Origin: Candidatus Nomurabacteria bacterium
GTDB lineage: Bacteria > Patescibacteriota > Minisyncoccia > Phycocordibacterales > UBA9973
NCBI GenBank assembly: GCA_963832025.1
Contig: CAWHSF010000003.1
Location: forward strand, 15,665 to 79,664
DNA length: 64,000 bases
Direction of reading: 5' to 3'
Below are positions 55,108 to 64,000 of the stretch, one piece after another (the first letter of the stretch is position 1; each line of letters opens with the position of its first letter). The notes beneath the pieces were generated by a model. The model made no database searches, was not told the DNA's origin, and saw only the letters and a program-made list of their open reading frames with translations. Made by a program: the position numbers and the translations under genes.

Positions 55108-56481
55108 CTATTTTTTTTCGGATGTTAAGCTAAAACCGCTGGAAAACAAAAATCTTGCAAACTTCCCTTCTCCAATAAAACTCAGTGCTCCCAGGAAAAT
55201 ACGGGTCGTCACGATTGCGCTAAACATAGAGACGATAACCCCCATGCCGAGCGTCAAGGCAAAACCTTGAATCAGAGATGTGCCAAACCAAAAGAGAATA
55301 ACCGCAGTAATAAAGTTGGAAATATTTGAGTCTCTGATAGAAAACCACGCTCTGGAAAAACCGGCAGCGACAGAATCTTTGATAGTTTTACCGGAACGCA
55401 TTTCTTCTTTGACACGTTCAAAAATAAGCACGTTGGCATCCACAGCAATACCGATGGAGATTATAAATCCGGCAATCCCGGCGGCCGTCAGAGTCACCGG
55501 CATCAATTTAAAGAGCGCCAAAATTATCGAAATAAAAATGCAAAGAGAAACAGTCGCGACCAATCCCGGCAGACGATACAAGAGAATTAAAAATAGAACA
55601 ATCAATAAAAATCCAATAACAGCGGCTTTGACTCCAGCGTTGACTGCATTGTCTCCTAAGGAAGCACCGATAGTTTGAGTGGAAAGAAGAGTTATCGGAA
55701 CCGGCAGAGCTCCGGAATTAAGCCGACCAACAAGCTGTTTGGCTTCAGTTGGAGTAAATGTTCCAGAAATTACCGCCTGACCATTTGGAATTTCTTCTTT
55801 CACCACAGGAGTAGAGATTGGAGCACCATCCAAGAAAATTGCCACAGTTTTCCCAATGTTGTCCTTGGTAATCTGATCAAAAAGTTGCGTGCCGGCAGAA
55901 TTGAATTGCAAAGAAACGGTTGGTTCGTTGTTGGTATCAAAAGTTAGAGTCGCTTGTTGCAAGTATCGTCCGGTTAGTTGAGTGGGAACATATCCCGAGC
56001 CAGGATTTAAGACTACCTTGCCATCTGGACCGACAGTTGCCTGTTCCGGTGTGCCGGCCGGAGCTTCAGTTTCAAAAACCAAAAGCGGAGTCTGCCCAAT
56101 CATGGCGATGGCCTGCTTTACATCAGTCACTCCGGGAAGGTCAACTATCAATTCTTCGCCAGCCCCGGAAACAAAACTGCTATTTTGTACTTGCACGACT
56201 GGTTCAGAAATTCCGAAAAGATTTATACGTCTTTCGATAACATCACGCAAGGCATCCATAGAGTCCCCCACTTGTCCTGCCGGCACAGCCGAAGTGTCGG
56301 CCTTGTATATCAAATGGCTACCACCAGATAAATCAAGACCCAAGCGAAAAGGGTGGTCTTTTAAAAATGAGAATGCTTTGGCAAAATTCTTGTTTAATTT
56401 AGGTTCGGATTTGATAACAAAAAGAGCTACCCCTGAGCCCAAAATAAGTATGACAATAGCTAGAATTATTTTTTTAATCAT
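55108..56481 (-). CDS. secD: protein translocase subunit SecD
   Basis: LGLDLSGG, a periplasmic domain and C-terminal TM helices. ATG 56481 is preferred; the track extension (MWNPEGKQSSYG) is encoded by a GC-rich hairpin. Confidence 0.85.
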   Translation of the reverse strand: MIKKIILAIVILILGSGVALFVIKSEPKLNKNFAKAFSFLKDHPFRLGLDLSGGSHLIYKADTSAVPAGQVGDSMDALRDVIERRINLFGISEPVVQVQNSSFVSGAGEELIVDLPGVTDVKQAIAMIGQTPLLVFETEAPAGTPEQATVGPDGKVVLNPGSGYVPTQLTGRYLQQATLTFDTNNEPTVSLQFNSAGTQLFDQITKDNIGKTVAIFLDGAPISTPVVKEEIPNGQAVISGTFTPTEAKQLVGRLNSGALPVPITLLSTQTIGASLGDNAVNAGVKAAVIGFLLIVLFLILLYRLPGLVATVSLCIFISIILALFKLMPVTLTAAGIAGFIISIGIAVDANVLIFERVKEEMRSGKTIKDSVAAGFSRAWFSIRDSNISNFITAVILFWFGTSLIQGFALTLGMGVIVSMFSAIVTTRIFLGALSFIGEGKFARFLFSSGFSLTSEKK

Positions 56482-56598
56482 GACTATTTTACTTGCCCCG
56501 TAGGAAGATTGCTTCCCTTCGGGGTTCCACATATAAATATAACGATATATTACACATTTTTCACAAAAAATGCAACTAAGTATGTTTTTGTATTATGA

Positions 56599-57391
56599 TT
56601 AAAAGACAATAGCCAGAATTACGACAAGACCTAGAATAACCCGATACCAACCGAATGCGGAAAAGTTATGTTTCTTAATATAAGCAAGCAACCACTTCAC
56701 GACAAATAAGGCGACCACAAAAGAAACGATAAAACCAAGGAATATACTCCCCCATTCCGAGGAAGAAAAAGAAAAACCGGATTTTAATAAATCATACGCC
56801 GTGGCAGCAAGCATGGTTGGAATGGCCAATAAAAAAGAAAATTCAGTAATCAAAACTTTTGGCAAACCGAGCATGCGACCAGAGACAATAACCGCACCGG
56901 AACGCGACACCCCGGGCACAACAGCCAGAGATTGCGCAAATCCGAGAATCAACAATTCTTTGGATGAAAGTGTTTCGATTGTTCTGTTTGAAATGTCTTC
57001 AATCTTATTTTCTTGACGACGCTCGAAAAGAATTATAACAATTCCTCCGATTAACAACATAGAACCAGCGATCAACAAACTGCCAAGTAAGAAAGATTTA
57101 ATTATTTTATATAAAATGAGTCCAATGATCCCTGTGGGAATAAACGCAATTAAAACATTCTTGAAATACAACCAAGAAGAGTGTCCTGAAAGAAATATTT
57201 TTTTCCAGTATAAAACAACGACTGCCAAAATGGCACCGAGTTGAATAGCAATTTCAAAGCTTTTTATAAAATCACTAGTCGGGATGGACAGTATATCTCT
57301 GTGTAATCTCAAGGTGTGCAGTAGAAGAAATCGGCAAAAATTCAGTTATACCTTCAACGATACCCATAATAATGGTATGAAAAATAGTCAT
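56599..57391 (-). CDS. uppP: undecaprenyl-diphosphatase UppP/BacA, 1-nt frame break near 57313
   Basis: [27 protein letters not shown] (ATG 57391) is in one frame. The rest (…[14 protein letters not shown]…PGVSRSG…) is in track ORF 56599..57312. Confidence 0.75.
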
Positions 57392-57397
57392 GTTTGT

Positions 57398-57938
57398 TTA
57401 TATATTTTTATATTCAATTTTTTTAAAAAGAAAGGCAACCAGAAAACCGATGCAAAAACCGCCCAAAATATCAATGGGAAAATGTACTCCAGCGATAATT
57501 CGCGCGATACCTATGAGTAAAGCGAAAAACATAAATACGTAACCTGCTTTTTTGTGCAGAAAAAAAAGAGAAAAAGCTAAAGCCATAAAAAAAGTTGCGT
57601 GTCCGGACGGAAAAGAATACCAACTTTCGGCAAACAAAGGATGGACTTGAGAAAAAACATCAAATGGACGTGGAGTGTGAATAATGTATTTTAAAATTAT
57701 ATCGAAAAGATAAGCGATAATGCCGATAAAAAATACCATGAGAATCTCTTTCTTCTTTTGCATCAAAACCAGAAAAGGTTCTTCTGCTTGAAAGACTTCG
57801 TGATGGAAAAGCAAAAAAAGTCCAGCTAGAATAATCACAATATAGGGAAAATAAACGGCAAAGAAAACCACAATCGTCATCAAAAATTTTTGACTGATGA
57901 GCTAAACCATAAAAAAAGAAAAATATTGCGTCGTTCAT
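57398..57938 (-). CDS. PAP2-family phosphatase, 1-nt frame break in an A5T5 run (57882..57891)
   Basis: MNDAIFFFFYGLAHQSKIF (ATG 57938) is followed, in the other frame, by TIVVFFAV... with PSGH and ARIIAGVHFPIDILGG. Confidence 0.7.
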
Positions 57939-57941
57939 AAA

Positions 57942-58813
57942 TTATTTTTTGCCACGGTTAATACATTCTTGAGAAGCATCGCTACAGTCACGGGACCAAC
58001 TCCCCGGGACCGGCGAAACATAGCTTGCAACATCTTTGACACTTTCCAAATCAACATCACCGACGATTCCGCCTTCGGATTCAGAAGTACCGGCATCCAC
58101 CAGCACCGCTCCTTCTTTTATCATATCACCTCTAATATATTTTCCCTTCCCTATCCCAGAAATTATAACATCTGCTTCTTTGAGAAGCTTCTCCTTGTTT
58201 TCCCCGCCTGCCAAGCTTCGCCGTAGGCGTTGCGGGCAGGGGTTTTACTGGTAATTATTGTCGGATTTAGATTCCGAAATTTCAGCAACGCGACAACTGG
58301 TTGACCGACCAGAGCTCCTTGCCCCAAAACAACTATCTTTTTTTCTTTCAAATTTAAATTAATAGAGTCCAACAACGCCATACAAGAAACCGCGGTCGGA
58401 AAACCCAAATCCTGCTCTCCGCCATAACTACTATAAAATTTTTCACTTCTCTCTTTTCCTAAGCAATCAACGTCTAAGTTCCGTATCAATGCTATCCAAT
58501 ATTGCTTGCTTGTCTAAATGAACCGGAAGCGGAAGTTGAACAATAATTCCGCACATATTTTTTATTTTATTCAAAATTTTTATTTCTTCTATCAACTCGG
58601 GGGTACTGATAGATGCCGAAAAATTTGCATTGTGGAATTTCATGCCGACTGACTTCAGCATTTTTTGCTTTCATCTGCACATATTGACCGACTCGCAGGA
58701 TCATCCCCAACCAACACATCACAAAAAATAGGCGTAAAAGGCAAAGTTTCTACTTCCTTTTTTACTTTTTCCAAAATTTCGTTTTTTAGTTTTTTCCCAT
58801 CTATGATTTGCAT
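57942..58813 (-). pseudogene. folD: methylenetetrahydrofolate dehydrogenase/cyclohydrolase FolD, broken into at least 5 frame segments
   Basis: Recognisable pieces lie in different frames: MQIIDGKKL..GDDPASR / QYVQMKAKNAE / SVGMKFH..GIIVQLPLPVHLD / LDVDCLG..VVLGQGALVGQP / EADVIISGIGKG..VLVDAGT / PVTVAMLLKNV. There is also a 41-nt palindromic insert. Confidence 0.75.
58202..58242. repeat. GC-rich palindromic insert inside folD
   Basis: CCCCGCCTGCCAAGCTTCGCCGTAGGCGTTGCGGGCAGGGG flanked by T-runs. Its termini (CCCGCC...GGGCAGG) match the inserts in the tRNA 5' copies. It is translated as PARNAYGEAWQAG. Confidence 0.6.
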
Positions 58814-58929
58814 CCCGTACGAAATAGGACGCGTACGCTTACGCTTCGTTGTCCTTTTTGTTATTTATAATATATTTTACCATTTTCATATTTTTGTTTA
58901 TTTTATGCGTCCGCGATTTCGTACGGGAT
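58812..58929. repeat. IR cassette copy C (118 bp)
   Basis: The left arm ATCCCGTACGAAATAGGACGCGTACGC pairs with the right arm ATGCGTCCGCGATTTCGTACGGGAT. It spans exactly from the SEDS gene stop to the folD start codon. Confidence 0.7.
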
Positions 58930-60058
58930 CATGCGCCTAAAAATTCATGTTTCATGTCATCTTTATGTGCACTCCTTCCATATTTACGCATACTCATTAA
59001 AATTCCCAACCCAGCAAACTCGGTCAATAAGTGTGAGCCACCATAACTCATAAAAGGCAGCGGAATCCCTGTCACCGGCATGATTCCGATATTCATGCCG
59101 ATATTTACGAGTATATGACCCATAAAAAAAATAGCAATTCCTATACCGTAAAGTATTTCAAAATTTGATGCTCCTAAAGATGCATTACGTAGAATTCTCC
59201 AAATGACCAAACAATAAAGAATGAGAATTAATGCGCAACCGACCAAACCCCATTCTTCGGCAAAAGCAGCAAAAATAAAATCAGACTGAGGCACCGGTAA
59301 AAATTTTAATCTTGATTGAGTGCCAAAGCCCAGACCCTTGCCAAAAAGTTCCCCCGAACCCACTGCAATCGTGGACTGAAATACATTGTAACCGGTTTTA
59401 TGAATATCAGTCAACGGATTTATAAAATTATAAATGCGAGCTTTTTGATATGGCTTAAAAGCGACAAACCATAAAGATGCAAAAATAACCAGACCAATCA
59501 CAAAAACTATGAATAAATGGGTTTTGGAAATTCCGGAAACTAGAACCATTCCAAGCCAAATAAAAAGAATAATCATAGCGGAACCAAAATCCGGCTGAAG
59601 CAAAACTAAAATGAGAGGAATAAATGCATAAAGTCCGGAAATGAAAAGATGTTTAATATCTCTGATTTCCACATGGCGACGAGAAAAATATTTTGCCAAA
59701 ACCAAAACCAAAACCAACTTCATCACATCAACCGGTTGAAAAAAGAAAAAACCGAAATTAAACCAACTTTTGTGACCATGCGAAATATGTCCCAAAATAA
59801 TCAGCACAAGCAACGCAAAACACATAGCTAAAAACAAAGTAACTAAAACTTTTGTTTGTTTCAAAAAACGAAAATCGATAAAAGAAAAAATAAAAAAAAC
59901 TGCAAAAGATAGTATTACCCAAATGATTTGTTTGCCAAAAAAATTCCGGTGTCTTCAAGCGAAGAAAAAGATTTCATCGTCACCAGTCCGGCAGCGATAA
60001 TAGGAATTATAAAAAAAACCAGCATCCAGTCTATTCTTTTCAAAGCTTTCTCTGCCAT
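58929..60058 (-). CDS. SEDS-family peptidoglycan polymerase (RodA/FtsW), 1-nt frame break in an A7 run (59937..59943)
   Basis: MAEKALKRIDWMLVFFIIPIIAAGL (ATG 60058) is followed, after the T/A-run slip, by FFGKQIIWVILSF...QPDFGSAMI...PLPFMSYGGS. Confidence 0.8.
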
Positions 60059-60065
60059 CTTTTTT

Positions 60066-60848
60066 TTACTGCAACTCTACAGCAGAAATGTCATACATAG
60101 GAATAAATTCTTTGGCAACCACGGGTTCGGAAAATGGTTCTGGCCAAGTAAAATTCAAATTGGAAGTTTGCAACGGACTGAGTTGGCTTAAATAAGTACT
60201 GCTGACCGAGACCGCATTACCGGAAGCGCCATAGAGAATGGCAACCACATTTAAATTTGGAATCGTAAATAAGGAACTATTTTTTATAGTTGCAGAGAGC
60301 TGTGGCGCAGTCGTTGCATTTAAGAGAGAGATGTTGGAAACTAACAATTTTAACTGATCGATTTTTTCTTGCGGAACCTGAATCCAGTTGGGTGTGCTGG
60401 TGAATTGAAATGTTGTATAGACCGGCACGGAATTTCCCACGGCTATCGCTGGCGCAAAAATCGCAAAATTGCTACCCGGTGGAATAAAAGTTGTGCCATC
60501 GCGACTACCGATATAGATATTGTTTGCATCGGCAAAACGAAATCTATAACTCACCTCTTCCGCTGAATAAGTTTTGTTGTAATTCACGACATAAGCGACG
60601 GCATTGTAACGTCCCGGTAAAACTTCAAAGGCTCTCTCCCAAAGAACTGCCGGCGGGATAGCTTGACTGAGGCAAGCATTGGGGCACGAACCTCCGCAAT
60701 CTATGCCTGTTTCATTTCCGTTTTTTATTCCATCGTAGCAAGTCGGCGGTTTGTTAAATTGTGGAAGAATTATCAAAAATGCCAGTAATGCAAAAAATAA
60801 AATTATAACAATAATATAAAAAATCTGTCTCCTTAAGGCCCAATTCAT
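60066..60848 (-). CDS. membrane-anchored extracytoplasmic hypothetical protein
   Basis: N-terminal TM helix and a Cys-rich motif (CYDGIKNGNETGIDCGGSCPNAC). ATG 60848 is preferred over the track start. Confidence 0.5.
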   Translation of the reverse strand: MNWALRRQIFYIIVIILFFALLAFLIILPQFNKPPTCYDGIKNGNETGIDCGGSCPNACLSQAIPPAVLWERAFEVLPGRYNAVAYVVNYNKTYSAEEVSYRFRFADANNIYIGSRDGTTFIPPGSNFAIFAPAIAVGNSVPVYTTFQFTSTPNWIQVPQEKIDQLKLLVSNISLLNATTAPQLSATIKNSSLFTIPNLNVVAILYGASGNAVSVSSTYLSQLSPLQTSNLNFTWPEPFSEPVVAKEFIPMYDISAVELQ

Positions 60849-60951
60849 AGAGATATAATAACACCCGGTAGTGAGTTTTGGCAACGCACAACGTGCGTAA
60901 ATTTTTTAAAATTTACATTGCCAAAATCTACTACCGGGAACATTAAAAATT

Positions 60952-61009
60952 GAAAAATAAAACGCCAATAAACAGAAGAGTCGCCGACAAGAGCGAGCTC
61001 TTCGGCGAC
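60952..61009 (-). terminator. strong GC hairpin plus U-rich tail ending the GC-rich two-gene cassette
   Basis: GTCGCCGAAGAGC-TC-GCTCTTGTCGGCGAC on the minus strand, followed by TCTTCTGTTTATTGGCGTTTTATTTTT. Confidence 0.6.
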
Positions 61010-61031
61010 ACATGAGATTCTTTAAGGGGTC

Positions 61032-61347
61032 TCAACCCTTGGTGGCGGTATGGATTCCGCCGAAATGCTGACGCACGATAGCAGAAAGCGCTGGTGCAGG
61101 CACAAAGGGCAGGTTTGGATCCTCGTGACCATAAGTCCAAGTCGTTGAAAGCGACCGATCCCCCCAGAACCCTCAGGATTGACGCAGGATCGATGTGACC
61201 TGCCAGCACGACCTGGCCGTCCTTATCGCTTTTGTAGACCCAGCTAAGCTCTGAAAGAGCAAGGAGGTCTGGTCGGTGAAAGCGGCCTTGAATGGTGACA
61301 ACGGTGAATTGCTCGTCCCTCTCTGTGGGCAGCGGATTGTGACACAT
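61032..61347 (-). CDS. hypothetical protein of the GC-rich cassette (likely frame slip in the C6 run 61160..61165)
   Basis: AAAGGAG lies 7 nt before the ATG. The track ORF (60943..61347) reads through the terminator. After a 1-nt slip the frame reads ...GDRSLSTTWTYGHEDPNLPFVPAPALSAIVRQHFGGIHTATKG and stops at 61032. Confidence 0.45.
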
Positions 61348-61362
61348 AAAAGTTGCTCCTTT

Positions 61363-61554
61363 TTAACCTTTGTGCTTTTGTTGGGTTACCGGCACCGAGG
61401 GTGCCAGATCAGACGGCGGAATTGACTCAGTCATGCTGGGCCTCCTCCGAAGCTCTTTTTCAAAGACTGTTGTTGGGACTTCCCCCCTTGGCAAATCACG
61501 ATCGTCATCCTCAGTCGATCGTGATAAACCGCCTCCATAACCGCTCATTGCCAT
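61363..61554 (-). CDS. small hypothetical acidic/Pro-rich protein of the GC-rich cassette
   Basis: 63-aa ORF with GGAGAAG upstream. Its stop lies 15 nt before the next ATG. No family recognised. Confidence 0.45.
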   Translation of the reverse strand: MAMSGYGGGLSRSTEDDDRDLPRGEVPTTVFEKELRRRPSMTESIPPSDLAPSVPVTQQKHKG

Positions 61555-61605
61555 AGAACTTCTTCTCCCTTGTTCCCGGTTATTCTACAACAAAACATGC
61601 AAAAA

Positions 61606-62013
61606 TCAAGCAAGGAATTCCATAAGCACACGCTTTTGATTTTCGTGCATTTCGTGTTGTTTTAAATCTTCTTTTTTGGAAACATAAGCAATATTTACAA
61701 TTTCATTTCTTATGAAAATTTTTTGCTTCGGCAAAACTTTTGCATGATAAAAAACAAAAAGTTTTGGTGTTTTACTTATCTTCCCACTGTGATATACATC
61801 AACAGAAATAATATTTCCGATTTTCGCATTTACATTTAGCTCTTCTTTTATTTCTCGAAGTAGTCCCGCATCTGTTGTCTCCCCCACATTCAATCTGCCT
61901 CCCGGCAAAATCCATTTCTTTCCACCTTCCTGTTTCAAAATTACAAAAGAATTTTTGTATTTCAAAATGGCTTTTTGTGTAATCTGCCCGACAAATATTT
62001 TTTCTTTTTCCAT
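61606..62013 (-). CDS. NUDIX hydrolase
   Basis: Nudix box GGRLNVGETTDAGLLREIKEELNV. Confidence 0.85.
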   Translation of the reverse strand: MEKEKIFVGQITQKAILKYKNSFVILKQEGGKKWILPGGRLNVGETTDAGLLREIKEELNVNAKIGNIISVDVYHSGKISKTPKLFVFYHAKVLPKQKIFIRNEIVNIAYVSKKEDLKQHEMHENQKRVLMEFLA

Positions 62014-62674
62014 TTATTTATTAAAAACTACATATTCCCCTTCGCCCATAACTTCCACTTTTCCATCGACAATTTCGAGAGCCATTTGATCATCTAGACC
62101 ATAAACAATTTGTGGAGTAGTTTTTGCAAATTCGCTAAAGTTTCTTTTCTTAATGTGCGGAAGAATTGGAATTTAGATGTGGACGAAAATAAAAATCTAT
62201 AAAATTTAAAGCCTTTGTTAGTTTCATATCCAAATTTTTCTTATAAACATTGCTTTCTCTTATTACTCAAGGCAATGGTGGACAGCGTCACAATACTCCC
62301 CGCACTAACTCCAACCCATACTTTATTTTTTAAAAGTTCTGGTAGTAATTCTTTTAATCCAGATTCATTAATCCATCGCATTAAATGTGTAGAATCTCCA
62401 CCAGAAAAAAACAGAACATCGGCATATTTCAAGTCTCTCGTTGCCAATTCCATTTTGGTAGAGCAGAAATATCTACAATATCAATCGATTTTATATTTTT
62501 GTTGTTTAAATTGATAAAGATTGTCTAATAAGCCAGATTTTATTATGTGCTTCACATTTGAGCAGTCGGAATAAAAGCAATATTTATTTCTTCTGCCTTT
62601 TTGCCCACCAATTCCAAAAGCGCATCGGCAATTTTTTTATTTGTTATTCCACCTGAAGTTAAAAGTAGTTTCAT
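62014..62674 (-). pseudogene. peptidase S51 (PepE-like) gene broken by at least three frame shifts
   Basis: Pieces in different frames: MKLLLTSGGITNKKIADALLELVGKKAEEINIAFIPTA / ADVLFFSGGDSTHLMRWINESGL..VWVGVSAGSIV / FIDFYFRPHLNS / QIVYGLDDQMALEIVDGKVEVMGEGEYVVFNK. Confidence 0.6.
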
Positions 62675-62733
62675 AAACCTAGCATAACAAAAAACTACAT
62701 TTTTGTGTAGTTTTTTAGACCTTAAATACATTG

Positions 62734-62841
<108 letters not shown>

Positions 62842-62911
62842 CATTATATTCAAAGTTTTTACTTACCACGTGATTCGCAAAGCGAATTTTACGTGGTTGT
62901 GATTTCCAAAT

Positions 62912-64000
62912 TTCTTAACAGGAATCGAAACATTAGTACTTCTCAGCTTAACGCATTACTGCGCTTACACCTAAAGCCTATCAACGTGATCATCTCTCAC
63001 GGTTCTTAACGATTCCTAATCTTGGAGCTGGCTTCCCTCTTAGATGCTTTCAGAGGTTATCCATTCCCGACATAGCTACCGAGCATTCCACTTGGCAGTA
63101 GAGCTCGTACACCAGAGGTCAGTTCACTTCGGTCCTCTCGTACTAGAAGCAAATCTCCTCAAGAATCAACGCCTGCAGTAGATAGGAGACCAACCTGTCT
63201 CACGCATCTACAATTTTACTCGACATAATTCGAATAAAACTTTTCCAATTACTTGGGGATTGGACTATACATTCTATCGATTTTTCAGTAAGGTCAACAT
63301 TTAGTCTCTACAGAGTAATCAAATATAATTTCTCCTCGGTGTTGTCCTCTCGTATCGCCATGGTCGGATTTCTCCGATATAAGCTCGACTTCTTCACATC
63401 ATAAATTTCTACGTGACCGCCGTGATACAATTTAATGTACTTGGTTGTACCTGCATTCAATTGCATCATATAATCTTCGATTAAAACAGTTCAAATTTTT
63501 AAGTTCAAATTTCCTCTGAGGGTTCAAACTGTTCAATACTACTCGATCTCATTGACAGAATCTGATAAGTCCTGAACGGTCTGAACCCAGCTCGCGTACC
63601 TTTTTAATTGGCGAACAGCCAAACGCTTGGGAGCTTCTCCACCCCGCGCTAAGGTGAGCCGACATCGAGGTGCCGAACTCCGCCGTCGCTATGGACTCTT
63701 GGGCGGAACTAGCCTGTTATCCCTAGAGTAGCTTTTATCCGTTAATCTTCCACCGCATCTAATGCGAACGGTCGGTTCACTATGTTCTGCTTTCGCATCT
63801 GCTTGAGATGTACCTCTTGCAGTCAAGCTAGCTTGTGCCATTACACTATCGGCACGGTTTCCATTCGCGCCTAGCTAACCTTAATAAACTCCTCCGTTAC
63901 TTTTTAGGAGGATAGCGCCCCACTAAAACTACCCACCAGATACTGTCTCAATACGTTTTTGCCGTCTTGGTTAGAACATGCCTTCGGTAAGAATGGTATT
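62912..64000 (-). rRNA. rrl: 23S ribosomal RNA, 3' portion (continues beyond window), interrupted by an insert
   Basis: Minus-strand landmarks: GGGATAACAGGC, GCACCTCGATGTCGGCTC, GGTACGCGAGCTGGGTTCAGA, CGTGAGACAGGTTGGTC, AGTACGAGAGGACC and CTGAAAGCATCTAAG. The 3' end position is approximate. Confidence 0.9.
63205..63575 (-). other. 371-nt intervening sequence in 23S domain V (group-I-like boundaries)
   Basis: Removing 63205..63575 restores GGGTTCAGACCGT|CGTGAGACAGGTTGG, collinear with the E. coli GGGTTTAGAACGTCGTGAGACAG. The 5' exon ends in U and the insert ends in G. It holds only a 53-codon ORF (63308..63469). Confidence 0.7.

Overview
AT-rich, gene-dense bacterial window. Small housekeeping genes, a 23S rRNA carrying an intervening sequence, and many secreted or anchored surface proteins suggest a Patescibacteria/CPR-type genome (inference). 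The standard genetic code appears to apply, because an RF2 gene is present and TGA is used as a stop. Housekeeping content: mltG, a zwf-gnd-pgl pentose-phosphate trio, rarA, pyrG, ftsEX, prfB, gatCA, htpX, lemA, secDF, uppP, a PAP2 phosphatase, folD remnants, a SEDS (RodA/FtsW) gene, 5S rRNA and partial 23S rRNA, and seven tRNA or tRNA-like genes. The centre (about 23.6-44.4 kb) is one large + strand surface locus. It holds three paralogous secreted proteins sharing a C-terminal WxL-like domain, a DUF916-like membrane-anchored protein, one dockerin protein with two membrane-anchored cohesin proteins, and an HTH-TM protein translationally coupled to a giant LVIVD-repeat / glycine-rich adhesin. 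That adhesin is split inside a decayed 0.8-kb tandem duplication. A GT-C/GT2/GtrA-type glycosylation module and dTDP-sugar genes follow. This locus is my best candidate for an undescribed host-attachment system. Other unusual signals: a 116-118 bp inverted-repeat cassette that sits flush with start codons; GC-rich palindromic mini-elements inside prfB, mltG, folD and inside truncated tRNA 5' copies; a tRNA-Asp whose 3' end is fused to a truncated P-type ATPase; two GC-elevated islets; three perfect DnaA-box 9-mers in the surface-locus promoters; and many frame disruptions. Some disruptions are single homopolymer slips that may be sequencing artefacts, while others are multi-hit decay. All calls rest on reading the sequence and the ORF track by eye. 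No searches or computations were run.
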